Shown: positions 1 through 9,651 of the stretch, piece by piece
Layout of the letters: each line of letters opens with the position of its first letter
Position numbering within the stretch: the first letter of the stretch is position 1
Origin: Pseudomonadota bacterium
Lineage (GTDB): Bacteria > Pseudomonadota > Gammaproteobacteria > Pseudomonadales > JAHEIH01
Reading direction: 5' to 3'
Assembly: GCA_041163785.1 (NCBI GenBank)
Contig: JBEAQQ010000121.1
Span: forward strand, 1 to 50,127
Length of the DNA: 50,127 bases
Program-made: the position numbers and the translations under genes
The notes under the pieces: generated by a model
Database searches by the model: none
What the model saw: the letters and a program-made list of their open reading frames with translations, nothing else
Told to the model about the DNA's origin: nothing

Positions 1-695
1 AACAGGGTACAGCGCGTTATGTGTTGCGTCTCAATCACCCCGATAGCCAAGCCCTGGGTATCGATCGCAACCTCGAGATACGGATTGTCGCGCAACTGCC
101 CGCCGCGTTGCGCTTGAATGTGTTGGAGATGTCAGAGCACTTCATGTTGACGCCCCTGCTGAAAGCTCGACAAGGTTTAGTGAACGGTGACGATCTCGAG
201 GTCATGTTAGGTCTTTTGAGGCAGCTGCATGGGAAGCACATAGACTCGCCGCCAATAAACTATACGGCGCGCATAAAAAGTTTGCTCGATGCACCTATGC
301 CGGCGCCGTGGTTATCTTTGTTGGCAAAGCTGGAGACCGCCCTCCAAAAGGTAGAGGCTACTCATGGCCGTCATACTGCCTTGTGTCATCACGATTTAGT
401 GGCGGGTAATATTCTTTGGCCTATGCGCACCGGGGCATTACCGGTGCTGATAGATTGGGAATACGCCGCCATGGGCGACCTGTTCTTTGATCTCGCCTGC
501 CTTCTCGAAGAGCATAAACACTTGGCACTCAGCGAAGTGGAATTGTTGCAAAAATATGGTGTAGACCCCCAGTGTGCGCCTAAATTGCGTGTCTATCGCG
601 CGGTCTATTCGGCGTTGGCGGCAGCGTGGGCGCGTTGCCGTGGACTGTCAAATGCATCACAACTGGCGTATATTGAAGCGCTATTGAACGATTAA
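1..695 (+). CDS. Choline/ethanolamine-kinase-like phosphotransferase (APH/ChoK superfamily), 5'-truncated by the window edge
   Basis: The frame is open from nt 3 (QGTARYVLRLN...), so the GTG at 21 is probably internal. The translation contains the catalytic-loop motif HHDLVAGNILW and the ChoK-type motif LIDWEYAAMGD. Confidence 0.6.
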   Translation, partial: QGTARYVLRLNHPDSQALGIDRNLEIRIVAQLPAALRLNVLEMSEHFMLTPLLKARQGLVNGDDLEVMLGLLRQLHGKHIDSPPINYTARIKSLLDAPMPAPWLSLLAKLETALQKVEATHGRHTALCHHDLVAGNILWPMRTGALPVLIDWEYAAMGDLFFDLACLLEEHKHLALSEVELLQKYGVDPQCAPKLRVYRAVYSALAAAWARCRGLSNASQLAYIEALLND

Positions 696-709
696 CAGGG
701 TATTCGCCA

Positions 710-874
710 ATGCATGTGCTCACAGGCTTTCTGATTCTTACAGTGTTAAGCGTGTTCATCTGTCACGCGATTGTTGCCAAGCGCAAAGGTGACACCGTGT
801 ATTGGGTGGTGATGGCGATTTTGCTAGGTCCGATCGCCATTCCCTTTGCGTTTTTCGCCAAGCCAAAATACTAG
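710..874 (+). CDS. Small (54 aa) two-helix membrane protein, not in the ORF track because it is under 60 aa
   Basis: An ATG lies 14 nt after the kinase stop. The translation is MHVLTGFLILTVLSVFICHAIVAKRKGDTVYWVVMAILLGPIAIPFAFFAKPKY: two hydrophobic helices separated by a positively charged AKRKGD loop. It fills an otherwise empty 205-nt gap. The RBS is weak. Confidence 0.4.
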   Translation: MHVLTGFLILTVLSVFICHAIVAKRKGDTVYWVVMAILLGPIAIPFAFFAKPKY

Positions 875-900
875 TTGCTGGCTAACATCACCCCCTAGGC

Positions 901-1878
901 TCAACCTTCACCGCGATGATGGGGGCGCCAGTAATCTATCTCGGGGCCTACCGGCACTACTTGGGTTGGGTTGATCATCGTGTGACTAAAATAATAGTGC
1001 TGCTTGATGTGTTCGAAATTGACCGTGTCGGCCACACCGGGGCGTTGGTAAAGATCACGGGTGTAGGCAGCAAGGTTGGGGTAGTCCTCTAAACGTTGTC
1101 GATTGCATTTGAAGTGTCCATGGTAGACGGCATCGAAGCGAATCAGCGTAGTGAAAAGTCGCCAGTCGGCTTCGGTTAAACGGTCACCCACAAGATAACG
1201 CTGCTCGCCAAGCGTCGCTTCGAGCTTATCAAGCGTATTGAATAGGTCTCGGTAAGCCTCCTCATAGACCTGTTGGCTAGTGGCAAAACCGCAGCGATAT
1301 ACACCATTATTAATATGCTGATACACCTCGTCGTTGACTGCATCGATCTGATCGCGCAACTCGCTGGGGTAGTAGTCGTCGCGGTTGCCAGTCAGATCAT
1401 TGAAGGCGCTGTTCATCATACGAATGATCTCTGACGATTCATTACTAACGATGCAGTTCTGCTGCTTGTCCCACAGCACTGGCACAGTTACCCGGCCAGT
1501 GTAGTTGGGATCGTTGCGCAGATAAATCTGGTAGAGGAAGTCAGAGCCAAACAGTGAGTCTGACGTGCACGCCTCGCCGCTGTTAAATTCCCAGCCATTG
1601 TCGAGCATGTGGGGATGCACAATCGAAACATCAATATGGGGTGCTAGCCCCTTTAAATGGCGAAAAATCAAGGTGCGGTGCGCCCATGGGCACGCGAGGG
1701 AGACGAACAGGTGATAGCGACCTGATTCGGCGGAGAAGCCACCGCGCCCACTGGGACCAGGGGAGCCATCGGCCGTGACCCAGTGGCGCAGCTGGGCGTT
1801 CTCGCGTTGAAAAGCGCCGTCACTTTTTTCGGTGTCGTACCATTTGTCCAGCCAGCGACCTTCTACTAATAAACCCAT
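901..1878 (-). CDS. yqjG: Glutathionyl-hydroquinone reductase (Xi-class GST, YqjG/ECM4 family)
   Basis: It is colinear over its full length with E. coli YqjG as I recall it. Shared segments include the active-site SLACPWAHRTLI, RVTVPVLWDK, IVSNESSEIIRM, NGVYRCGFATSQ and HFKCN. Confidence 0.88.
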   Translation of the reverse strand: MGLLVEGRWLDKWYDTEKSDGAFQRENAQLRHWVTADGSPGPSGRGGFSAESGRYHLFVSLACPWAHRTLIFRHLKGLAPHIDVSIVHPHMLDNGWEFNSGEACTSDSLFGSDFLYQIYLRNDPNYTGRVTVPVLWDKQQNCIVSNESSEIIRMMNSAFNDLTGNRDDYYPSELRDQIDAVNDEVYQHINNGVYRCGFATSQQVYEEAYRDLFNTLDKLEATLGEQRYLVGDRLTEADWRLFTTLIRFDAVYHGHFKCNRQRLEDYPNLAAYTRDLYQRPGVADTVNFEHIKQHYYFSHTMINPTQVVPVGPEIDYWRPHHRGEG

Positions 1879-1889
1879 GTCATCCTCCT

Positions 1890-2735
1890 CTATAGGGTGC
1901 CGATTCGGCCAGCGCGATAGTCCGCGATGGCTTGTTGTATTTCGGCCTCACTATTCATCACAAAGGGTCCCATGTGCACGATGCGCTCATTGATGGGTAT
2001 GCCGCGTAGTAATAGGCAATGCGCACCCTCTGCACCGGCGGTGAAAACTATTTTATCGGCATCATCAGCGGTAGCGAGTGCTAACTCACCCAGACCTAAC
2101 GCGGGGTCTGCCAGTGAGCCTTGATAGCAAAACACAAAGGTGCGTGAAGGTGCTTGGGTAATCGTTACAGTGACCGACTCGCCAGCCGCTAACTCCATGT
2201 CGGCAATAGCGCCGTTTCCTGCTAAGCCTTCGAGGGGAGAGGACAGTGAGTTTTCATCAAATTGCCATTCACCAGCGAGCGCTTTGGCTCGGCTTGCCGC
2301 CGAGATGGTGGCGGTGGGGAGGCCGCTATCGTAGGAATCGAAGTAACGCGGTTCGCGCATTTTCTCAGCGGCGGGCATGTTTAGCCAAATTTGAAAACCG
2401 TGCATACCGTCGTTGGCGTCTGCCAAAGGCATTTCTGAGTGAATAACGCCGCGCCCGGTTGACATCCATTGAACATCGCCGGCGCGGATGGCTTTAACGT
2501 TCCCCATGTGGTCCCGGTGTTCAAACCCCCCCTTCTTAATATAGGTAAACGTCTCAATGCCTCGATGTGGGTGGGGTGGAAACCCACCGATGTAGTCGCT
2601 GGCATCGTCTGAGCGAATTTCATCTACCATCAGATAGGGGTCGAGCCCGAGGTCGTGAAAGGCGGTAATGCGGGCAATGTTGACGCCATCACCGTCTTGG
2701 GTGGCGTGTTGTCTTGCGAGTCGAGTGATCGGCAT
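1890..2735 (-). CDS. Pirin family protein (bicupin)
   Basis: It carries the cupin metal motif PHPHRGIETFTYI and GDVQWMSTGRGVIHSEMP. An AGGGAGA RBS precedes the ATG at 2735. It lies 11 nt upstream of yqjG on the same strand. Confidence 0.85.
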   Translation of the reverse strand: MPITRLARQHATQDGDGVNIARITAFHDLGLDPYLMVDEIRSDDASDYIGGFPPHPHRGIETFTYIKKGGFEHRDHMGNVKAIRAGDVQWMSTGRGVIHSEMPLADANDGMHGFQIWLNMPAAEKMREPRYFDSYDSGLPTATISAASRAKALAGEWQFDENSLSSPLEGLAGNGAIADMELAAGESVTVTITQAPSRTFVFCYQGSLADPALGLGELALATADDADKIVFTAGAEGAHCLLLRGIPINERIVHMGPFVMNSEAEIQQAIADYRAGRIGTL

Positions 2736-2876
2736 AAGTGTTCTCCCTTTTGTAAAAGATTAGTGTGGAGCTGTGCGAATAACAATGGGGAATTTTGGGG
2801 TCTACGTTTCGAAAAAAACGAAGATCCAGCGACTTTTTTAGCGACCTTGACGTATAAAGTGCAGAAAAGGGGCGAT

Positions 2877-3758
2877 ATGAATAAGACAACACTTGAACAA
2901 TGGCGAATGTTTCGTGCAGTAGTGGAGGCTGGCGGTTTTAGTCAAGCCAGTGATGTCGTGCACAAAAGCCAATCCAGTATTCACTATGCTGTCCACAAGC
3001 TCGAGGAAACCCTGGGTATTAAACTTCTGGAGGTCGTGGGCCGAAAAGCCGTCTTGACCGATATTGGTGTGACCATGTTGCGCCGTGCAGATTATCTCTT
3101 GCAAGAGGCGCAGAAACTAGAAAAAGTGGCCGCTAGCTTGAGTCATGGCGCGGAGACCGTGTTGCGCCTAGCGGTTGATGAAGCCTATCCCCAATACTAC
3201 CTGTGCGAGGCTTTGCAGCAGGTGTCGCAAGCCTACCCAATGTTGCGTATTGAGCTCTTAGAAACGGTATTGACGGGGGCTGTAGAGCTGCTCGCCGAGC
3301 AAAAAGTACAATTGGCTATTTCCCCTGTGGCAAAGTCTGATGTCCAGTGTGAAGAATTGTGCCGGATTGATTTCATCGCTGTAGCCGCCCCTCATCACCC
3401 CCTCCTGCAACACGAGGACAAAATAAATTTCGAAGAGCTTAAGTCGCACCGACAGATTGTAGTGAGAGATAGCGCCTTGACCACGAATCGTGACTCGGGT
3501 TGGTTGGGGTCACACCAACGTTGGACGGTGAGCCATATTCGTACATCGATCGATATGATCTGCCGCGGTCTGGGTTTTGCCTGGCTGCCGGCTAGCGAGG
3601 TAGACGCCTACCTGCAAGATGGTCGATTAGCGAGACTTCCTCTGCAGGAAGGCGCCGTCCGAAGTGCCGCCCTACATATTCTTATTGGCGACATTGACCA
3701 ATTGGGCCCCGCCGGGCACATGTTGAGCGATGAGCTGAGAAAGGTTTCTAAAAATTAG
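2877..3758 (+). CDS. LysR-family transcriptional regulator, divergent from pirin-yqjG
   Basis: The N-terminal wHTH reads MNKTTLEQWRMFRAVVEAGGFSQASDVVHKSQSSIHYAVHKLEETLG. I chose the ATG at 2877 (RBS AAAAGGGG). The 74-codon upstream extension in the ORF track overlaps the pirin gene. Confidence 0.85.
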   Translation: MNKTTLEQWRMFRAVVEAGGFSQASDVVHKSQSSIHYAVHKLEETLGIKLLEVVGRKAVLTDIGVTMLRRADYLLQEAQKLEKVAASLSHGAETVLRLAVDEAYPQYYLCEALQQVSQAYPMLRIELLETVLTGAVELLAEQKVQLAISPVAKSDVQCEELCRIDFIAVAAPHHPLLQHEDKINFEELKSHRQIVVRDSALTTNRDSGWLGSHQRWTVSHIRTSIDMICRGLGFAWLPASEVDAYLQDGRLARLPLQEGAVRSAALHILIGDIDQLGPAGHMLSDELRKVSKN

Positions 3759-3830
3759 AATATAAGCGTCAAAAAATACGTATTTTGTTCTGATTTTGTT
3801 GTCGTATACTCGTTGTTTTCAGGGGGTGTT

Positions 3831-4364
3831 ATGACCAAATTGTATTATTCAGACGCGCGCAAGTGGTTACATTGGCTTTCAGCCATGGCTGTCATCGGCT
3901 TGTTTGCCTCCGGCTTATGGATGGTTGAACTTGGCTATTATGACGCTTGGTATCAGCGCGCTCCCGCCTGGCATGTTAATGTCGGGCTACTATTGTTTGT
4001 CGCCACCCTCGCACGACTTGTGTTGCAACGCCAGAACCCGCGCTTGAAGGCACCGCCTTTCCAACGTGTCGCGGCGCGCACTGCCCACCTCAGCCTGTTG
4101 CTGTGCATTGTTTTGTTGGCGTTAACAGGCTATGGACTAAGCACTGCTGACGGACGTCCTTTGCTATTCTTTGGTGTCGAAATACCTGGCATGGGTAGTG
4201 TAATCCCGCAGCAGGAATCGGTATTAGGTGAATGGCATGAGTTGATAGCCTATACCACCATGGTCTTGTCGTTTTTGCACGCAGCGGCGGCGATTAAACA
4301 TCATGTCATCGACAGCGATGACACTCTCAAACGTATGTTAATCCATAGAGGAACTGAACGATGA
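3831..4364 (+). CDS. Cytochrome b561 family protein (YceJ/CybB-like)
   Basis: It has four predicted TM helices with conserved His residues (WLHW, WHVN, AHLS, HAAAAIKHH). An AGGGGG RBS precedes the ATG at 3831. Its end overlaps the yceI-like start in ATGA. Confidence 0.8.
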   Translation: MTKLYYSDARKWLHWLSAMAVIGLFASGLWMVELGYYDAWYQRAPAWHVNVGLLLFVATLARLVLQRQNPRLKAPPFQRVAARTAHLSLLLCIVLLALTGYGLSTADGRPLLFFGVEIPGMGSVIPQQESVLGEWHELIAYTTMVLSFLHAAAAIKHHVIDSDDTLKRMLIHRGTER

Positions 4365-4918
4365 AAAAAGTGTTGTTAGCTACATTGTTGTCAGCGGCTG
4401 TTGCCAGTCCCGTGTGGGCGGCGGACTATCGCATCGATGATCAAGGCGCGCACGCGTCAATTAACTTTAAAGTGAAACACCTAGGTTATTCTTGGCTAAC
4501 CGGTCGCTTCAATACCTTTTCGGGGAATTTCAGTTACGATTCCGCCAATGTTGAAGCGTCTAAAATCGCCGTCGATATCGATACCAACAGCGTTGACTCA
4601 AACCACGCTAAGCGCGACAAGCATCTTCGCAGTGCTGACTTTCTGGAAGTTGATAAGTACCCCGAGGCTACATTTGTAAGCACCGAGTTTAAAGTGACCG
4701 GCGACGGCGAAATGATAGTCTACGGTGATTTTACACTGCGCGGAATCACCAAGCGTATTGCCATTGAGGCGACGAAAGTGGGTGAGGGGCAGGATCCTTG
4801 GGGCGGTTATCGCGCTGGTTTCGAAGGATTGGCTGAAATTGACATGGCTGATTACGGCTTTGCCACAGATTTCGGCACAGTTTTGTTGGAACTTCATGTC
4901 GAAGGTATTCGTATATAG
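4361..4918 (+). CDS. YceI-family periplasmic polyisoprenoid-binding protein
   Basis: It has a signal peptide (MKKVLLATLLSAAVASPVWA) and YceI-type segments (INFKVKHLGYSWLTGRF, DSNHAKRDKHLRSADFL). It shows the classic pairing with cytochrome b561. Confidence 0.85.
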   Translation: MKKVLLATLLSAAVASPVWAADYRIDDQGAHASINFKVKHLGYSWLTGRFNTFSGNFSYDSANVEASKIAVDIDTNSVDSNHAKRDKHLRSADFLEVDKYPEATFVSTEFKVTGDGEMIVYGDFTLRGITKRIAIEATKVGEGQDPWGGYRAGFEGLAEIDMADYGFATDFGTVLLELHVEGIRI

Positions 4919-4990
4919 AGTTATCAAATGGTTTAGTTTCATCTATTCCCTTTGTGTTATGACTCCTTGTCTGTAGTGACTGAGCAAGTT

Positions 4991-5017
4991 GCCCGGCCTT
5001 TGCGCCGGGCTTTTTTT
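4991..5017 (+). terminator. Rho-independent terminator after the yceI-like gene
   Basis: The GC stem GCCCGGC/GCCGGGC has a 6-nt loop and is followed by T7. Confidence 0.7.
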
Positions 5018-5141
5018 ACGCGCAATCAGCCATTCCTTCACTCCTCCATGTTGTTTCGCCCTGGGCATTGGTACAAATGTTTTAGGGTGTGGGCTAAAAT
5101 TACGATAATCTTCCGGTTTATTTGGTCCAAGAGTTACCATC

Positions 5142-6101
5142 ATGATCAGAACTTGTCTCGTCACTACAAATCAAGCGCCGGTTATGGCTGGCGTCGAGCT
5201 CGTCGACCGCTGGCGAAGCGACGGCGGCTTCCTATGGCTGGATATTCAGCAAAGCCTCGATGCCTCGGCAAAGGCGCTACTGCTTACCTTCGGCTGCCAC
5301 GAGCTAGCAATCAAAGATGTTGATCGCGAGCGTCATCCACCCAAGTTCGAAATTTTTAACGAGCACAGTTTTATCATTTTTCGTGGCCTCCGGGGGATTG
5401 ATGACAACCTGGTGGTGGAGCCTCTGCAAATATCTTTTTTTGTAGGCGACAATTATTTAATCACTGTGCACCCGGCGGCATCGATCAGTGTTGACTACCA
5501 TTTGAAACTGCCAGAGTTGCATGATTTGGTGGCATCGCCTCAACAGTTGGCGCTATCCATCATGCACTATTCAAGTGGCCGATACTTGGAGAGTTTGGTT
5601 GCCTACGACACGGAGCTAGCAGATATTGAAGAGGCGATGCTTACCCGAGGCAGTGACGAATTGTTGAAGGACTTGGTGCGCGATCGGTCGCAGCTGAGAA
5701 AAATGCGTCGCACCTTTACCTACCATCGCAGTTTGGCGGAAGAGTTGGTGGAGTTTTGGGACGTCGATGAAAACGACCATGAGTTGAGGCACCGCCTGCG
5801 CGATTTTTACGACCGCAGCGAGCGCCTTGATACCCTGTCAGCGCAACACTATGAAATTTGCGGTGACTTGGTCGACGGTTATTTTTCGCTGAGCGCTCAC
5901 CAGCTCAATAATACGATGCGAGTATTGACGGTGATTACGGCCATTTTTGTACCGCTGAGCTTTTTGGCGGGGTTGTACGGTATGAATTTCGACTACATTC
6001 CGGAATTAAAAGTCCACAATGGCTACTTTATTTTGTTGGCGGTGATGCTAGGGTTGGCCATGACAATGGTTGTGATCTTTAAGAAAAAAAGGTGGTTTTA
6101 A
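5142..6101 (+). CDS. CorA-family divalent-cation transporter (ZntB/CorA-like)
   Basis: The GMN signature (YGMNFDYIPE) lies between two C-terminal TM helices. The roughly 320-aa size is typical of the family. Confidence 0.8.
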   Translation: MIRTCLVTTNQAPVMAGVELVDRWRSDGGFLWLDIQQSLDASAKALLLTFGCHELAIKDVDRERHPPKFEIFNEHSFIIFRGLRGIDDNLVVEPLQISFFVGDNYLITVHPAASISVDYHLKLPELHDLVASPQQLALSIMHYSSGRYLESLVAYDTELADIEEAMLTRGSDELLKDLVRDRSQLRKMRRTFTYHRSLAEELVEFWDVDENDHELRHRLRDFYDRSERLDTLSAQHYEICGDLVDGYFSLSAHQLNNTMRVLTVITAIFVPLSFLAGLYGMNFDYIPELKVHNGYFILLAVMLGLAMTMVVIFKKKRWF

Positions 6102-6104
6102 GGT

Positions 6105-6854
6105 ATGGATTTACATGGGAAAGTGATCGTCATCACGGGCGGTGCCAGGGGTCTAGGACTCGCGATGGCAAAATCTTTGGCGGCCAAGGGGGCGAGCTTG
6201 GCGCTACTGGATATGAACAAAGAGGCCCTTGAAGAGGCGTGCACAGCGTTGCCAAGCGCGCGTTATTACGTGTGTGATGTGGCGAGCGAGGCCATGGTTG
6301 ATCATACCTTTCAGCAAATCGTGCAAGACTATGGGCGGATTGACGGGCTCATCAATAATGCCGGGATTATTCGTGACGGTTTGATGGTCAAAGGCGGGCC
6401 AGGGAATATCCTCAGCGAGCTGAGTTGGGATGACTGGCAAGCGGTGATCAACGTCAATCTAAGCGGTGTTTTCCTGTGTGGTCGCGCGGCGGCTCGACAC
6501 ATGGTGGTGTCTGGCAGTCGAGGTCTCATACTTAACGTATCTAGCATCTCGGCGGGCGGTAACTACGGCCAGAGTAATTACTCTGCCGCTAAAGCGGGGG
6601 TGGAGGCACTGACCAAGGTTTGGACCAAGGAACTTGCTCGACATGGTATTCGCTGTGTGGCGATAGCCCCAGGCTTTATCGATACCGACATGCTGGCGTC
6701 GATGAATCAAGAGGCTAAAGCAAAATTTGAAGCACTGATCCCTGTGGGGCGCTTGGGTCAGCCCGACGAAGTTGGGCATTTGGTGTGCCACTTGTTTGAA
6801 AATGATTATCTGAATGGCGGGATATACAAAGTCAATGGTGGCTTAGACATCTAG
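6105..6854 (+). CDS. Short-chain dehydrogenase/reductase (FabG-like 3-oxoacyl reductase family)
   Basis: It has the Rossmann motif TGGARGLG, NNAG, and the catalytic YSAAKAG. It starts 3 nt after the CorA-like stop. Confidence 0.8.
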   Translation: MDLHGKVIVITGGARGLGLAMAKSLAAKGASLALLDMNKEALEEACTALPSARYYVCDVASEAMVDHTFQQIVQDYGRIDGLINNAGIIRDGLMVKGGPGNILSELSWDDWQAVINVNLSGVFLCGRAAARHMVVSGSRGLILNVSSISAGGNYGQSNYSAAKAGVEALTKVWTKELARHGIRCVAIAPGFIDTDMLASMNQEAKAKFEALIPVGRLGQPDEVGHLVCHLFENDYLNGGIYKVNGGLDI

Positions 6855-7072
6855 TCCAAGCGTGGCGTGGCAGCGTATAACCAACAACCCTTGGAGGCAC
6901 TGCCATGTCATACGAACACGAAACAAAGCCAGATAATTCCCCTGCTGTCATTAATGACGAAAATAGCGAACAAATACCCCGCGCTGAGCTGACGGAAGAC
7001 GACTTAACTTGCATTCGGCTTATGTTATTATAGCCAGCTTTTGAAGCTACCCGGGCTTGTCGCCCGGCCGAG

Positions 7073-8101
7073 ATGCCCATGATTACCATGAATATTCCCC
7101 AGGTTGGTCCTGCCGACGGCAATAAGTCTGCTGCGGATATCGCCGATCAAAAACAACGTATCGTTGCCCTAATGCAGCAACAAAAAGCGGCCTTGGTCGC
7201 GCACTATTACACCGATCCTGTGATTCAGGCCCTGGCGGAAGAAACCGGTGGGTGTGTGTCTGATTCGTTGGAGATGGCGCGGTTTGGCAAACAGTGCGAT
7301 GCGCAGACCCTCATTGTGGCGGGCGTTCGCTTTATGGGGGAGACGGCTAAAATTCTCAGCCAGGAAAAACGTGTGTTGATGCCCGAACTCGAGGCGACAT
7401 GCTCATTGGATATTGGCTGCCCGGTGGAGCAGTTTTCCGCTTTTTGTGATCAACACCCCGATCGCACTGTGGTGGTTTACGCCAATACGTCGGCGGCGGT
7501 TAAGGCGCGTGCCGATTGGGTGGTCACGTCCTCCATCGCCCTAGAGGTGGTCGAGCACTTGGACAGTTTGGGTGAGAAGATTTTATGGGCACCGGATAAA
7601 CATTTGGGCAGCTATGTGCAAAAGCAAACGGGTGCCGATGTGTTGTGTTGGGATGGTGCCTGCATCGTGCACGAAGAATTCAAAGCGCAGGGTATTCGCG
7701 ATCTTAAAGCGGTCTATCCCGACGCGGCTGTGTTGGTTCACCCTGAGTCGCCAGCGGCGGTGGTCGAATTGGCAGACTTTGTCGGGTCAACGACCCAGAT
7801 CATCAATGCGGCTAAGACCTCCCCGGCTGCGCAGGTGATAGTGGCCACCGATCAAGGAATTTTCTATAAACTGCAGCAGATGGTCCCTGAGAAAGAATTG
7901 ATCATTGCCCCGACCGCGGGCAGTGGTGCGACCTGCCGTAGCTGTGCCAATTGCCCCTGGATGGCAATGAACTCCCTCGATGCCTTGGAACAGGTCTTGC
8001 TCAAAGGAAATAACGAGATCTTTGTGGATCCCGAGCTGGGAGAGCGGGCGATGCTGCCGCTCAATCGCATGCTCGATTTTGCTGCTTCGCTGCGCAACTG
8101 A
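7073..8101 (+). CDS. nadA: Quinolinate synthase A
   Basis: It is near-colinear with E. coli NadA as recalled ([73 protein letters not shown]). The exact start is uncertain (7073, 7079 or 7091). Confidence 0.92.
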   Translation: MPMITMNIPQVGPADGNKSAADIADQKQRIVALMQQQKAALVAHYYTDPVIQALAEETGGCVSDSLEMARFGKQCDAQTLIVAGVRFMGETAKILSQEKRVLMPELEATCSLDIGCPVEQFSAFCDQHPDRTVVVYANTSAAVKARADWVVTSSIALEVVEHLDSLGEKILWAPDKHLGSYVQKQTGADVLCWDGACIVHEEFKAQGIRDLKAVYPDAAVLVHPESPAAVVELADFVGSTTQIINAAKTSPAAQVIVATDQGIFYKLQQMVPEKELIIAPTAGSGATCRSCANCPWMAMNSLDALEQVLLKGNNEIFVDPELGERAMLPLNRMLDFAASLRN

Positions 8102-8102
8102 G

Positions 8103-9551
8103 TTACAGTTTAACGTTCTTCAGTTCCTCTAAATACAGCAGGCGCTGTTCAATCTTGGCGGTTTGCATGTAATCGCCGCGGGCGATGTTCAGCGCGTAAT
8201 TTAGCTGTCTGCCCGCTTCGTCGAGAATGCCGGTCAGCAAGAAATACTCCCCGCGGGCGGTATGAACCCCCAAAATATCCCCCGCTAGCCCCTTGGCTTC
8301 TGCGAGTTCGTACCACACCGCTGGGTTGTCGGGTTGTCGCTTACTGTGCTGCTCAAGTAAATTCGCCGCTTGTTTCGGAAAGCCAAGTTGAATATAGCTG
8401 CGCGCTAGCGCCATCGTTACCGCGTGGCTATTCGGGGTGATCATCAGGAGATTTTCTAGGTGCTTCGCAGCGCGCGTATGCTGTTCGGCGCGGCTATAGA
8501 TGTCGGCCTGCGCCAGTTGGTAGATCAAGCGCAATTCGTCTTGCGCCAGCAATGAGTCGAGCGCTTGTTGGGCCAAGTCTAACTGGCGACTTTCGGTGTA
8601 CGCCAAGACCAAACCATAACGACTGGCCGTGTGCTCAACCGGATCGAGGGTGTTGGCCATTTCCGCTTTAAAGGTGGCGATGGCTTCCCCCGGTGTGGTG
8701 GCGAAATGCATTTTTACCCGCGCCTTAATTAGATGGAAGTCGAGGGATTTCTCTGTGTTGTTGACGTCGTAGCTCCTAGCGCGGGTTTTGCTGTTGGAAA
8801 TACGGCGCTCGGTAAGGGGGTGAGTCAAAAGGAATTCCGGATAATTTTTGCCGGAAAAACGCTTGGCGTCGAGCATGGTTTCGAACATGCGCGCCATGGC
8901 GAGGGGATCCATGCCTGCGCGCACCAGCGTGTCCATACCAGCGCGGTCGGCTTCGGTTTCGTGAAGACGGCTGTGCGCTAACTGTGATTCAGCGGCGGCG
9001 GCTTGCGTGGCGGCGATGGTGGCCACCCCGGCATCGCCACCACCGGCGGCGAGGATGAGCATGCCCGCCAGCATACCTGCCATGGTTGGCATGGTGCGAG
9101 CCTGCGATTGTTCAATACTGCGAGCAAAGTGGCGCTGGCTCAGGTGACCCAGTTCGTGCGCGACCACAGAGGCAAATTCCTGCTCGCCTGGGGCGTTCAA
9201 AAACAGACCGTTGTTAATGCCCATGACCCCGCCGGGGACGGCGAAGGCATTGATAGCCGGGTTGTCGACAATCACGAGTTTGATGGACTTGTCTTCCAGT
9301 TCGCTGAAGTTGGCCATGCGGCGCACGAGATTCTCGGTGTATTCTAGCAGCAGAGGATCGCTAATGGTTTGCGCGCGCGCACGGTACATCCGTAGCCAAG
9401 CGTCACCGAGGGCTTTTTCCTGTTGCGTGGATACAATCCCAGAGATGCCGTCCCCGAGGGAGGGTAATTCAATGTGATCGATGTCGGCGTGCACGGCCAC
9501 CGCGATCATCGTACTGGCAAAAAGGGTAAGAAGGGTTTTGTACATATTCAC
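8103..9551 (-). CDS. bepA: M48-family periplasmic metalloprotease with TPR domain (BepA/YfgC-like)
   Basis: It has a signal peptide, the HEXXH motif (VAHELGHLSQRH) and a C-terminal TPR-like region. Confidence 0.8.
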   Translation of the reverse strand: MNMYKTLLTLFASTMIAVAVHADIDHIELPSLGDGISGIVSTQQEKALGDAWLRMYRARAQTISDPLLLEYTENLVRRMANFSELEDKSIKLVIVDNPAINAFAVPGGVMGINNGLFLNAPGEQEFASVVAHELGHLSQRHFARSIEQSQARTMPTMAGMLAGMLILAAGGGDAGVATIAATQAAAAESQLAHSRLHETEADRAGMDTLVRAGMDPLAMARMFETMLDAKRFSGKNYPEFLLTHPLTERRISNSKTRARSYDVNNTEKSLDFHLIKARVKMHFATTPGEAIATFKAEMANTLDPVEHTASRYGLVLAYTESRQLDLAQQALDSLLAQDELRLIYQLAQADIYSRAEQHTRAAKHLENLLMITPNSHAVTMALARSYIQLGFPKQAANLLEQHSKRQPDNPAVWYELAEAKGLAGDILGVHTARGEYFLLTGILDEAGRQLNYALNIARGDYMQTAKIEQRLLYLEELKNVKL

Positions 9552-9651
9552 TCGTGTGGTTTTAGCCTTTGAACATAAAACCTAGAAATAATTCAATTCC
9601 GTTCGGCGCTGTGTTTATACTAGCGTTTTTACGCAAAAGGTGGGAGCGTTG

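Noticed and set aside
2655-2876. 74-codon N-terminal extension of the LysR gene given in the ORF track
   Set aside because: It overlaps the pirin coding region and its promoter. The LysR wHTH begins right after the ATG at 2877, which has its own RBS.
6855-7072. NAD+ riboswitch (nadA motif) in the nadA leader
   Set aside because: I could not recognise the tandem-domain nadA-motif architecture, and that class is not typical of Gammaproteobacteria. The region is kept only as an unexplained structured leader.
6832-7122. 96-aa minus-strand ORF spanning the SDR stop and the nadA start
   Set aside because: It overlaps two confidently called genes and has no family resemblance. It is likely spurious.
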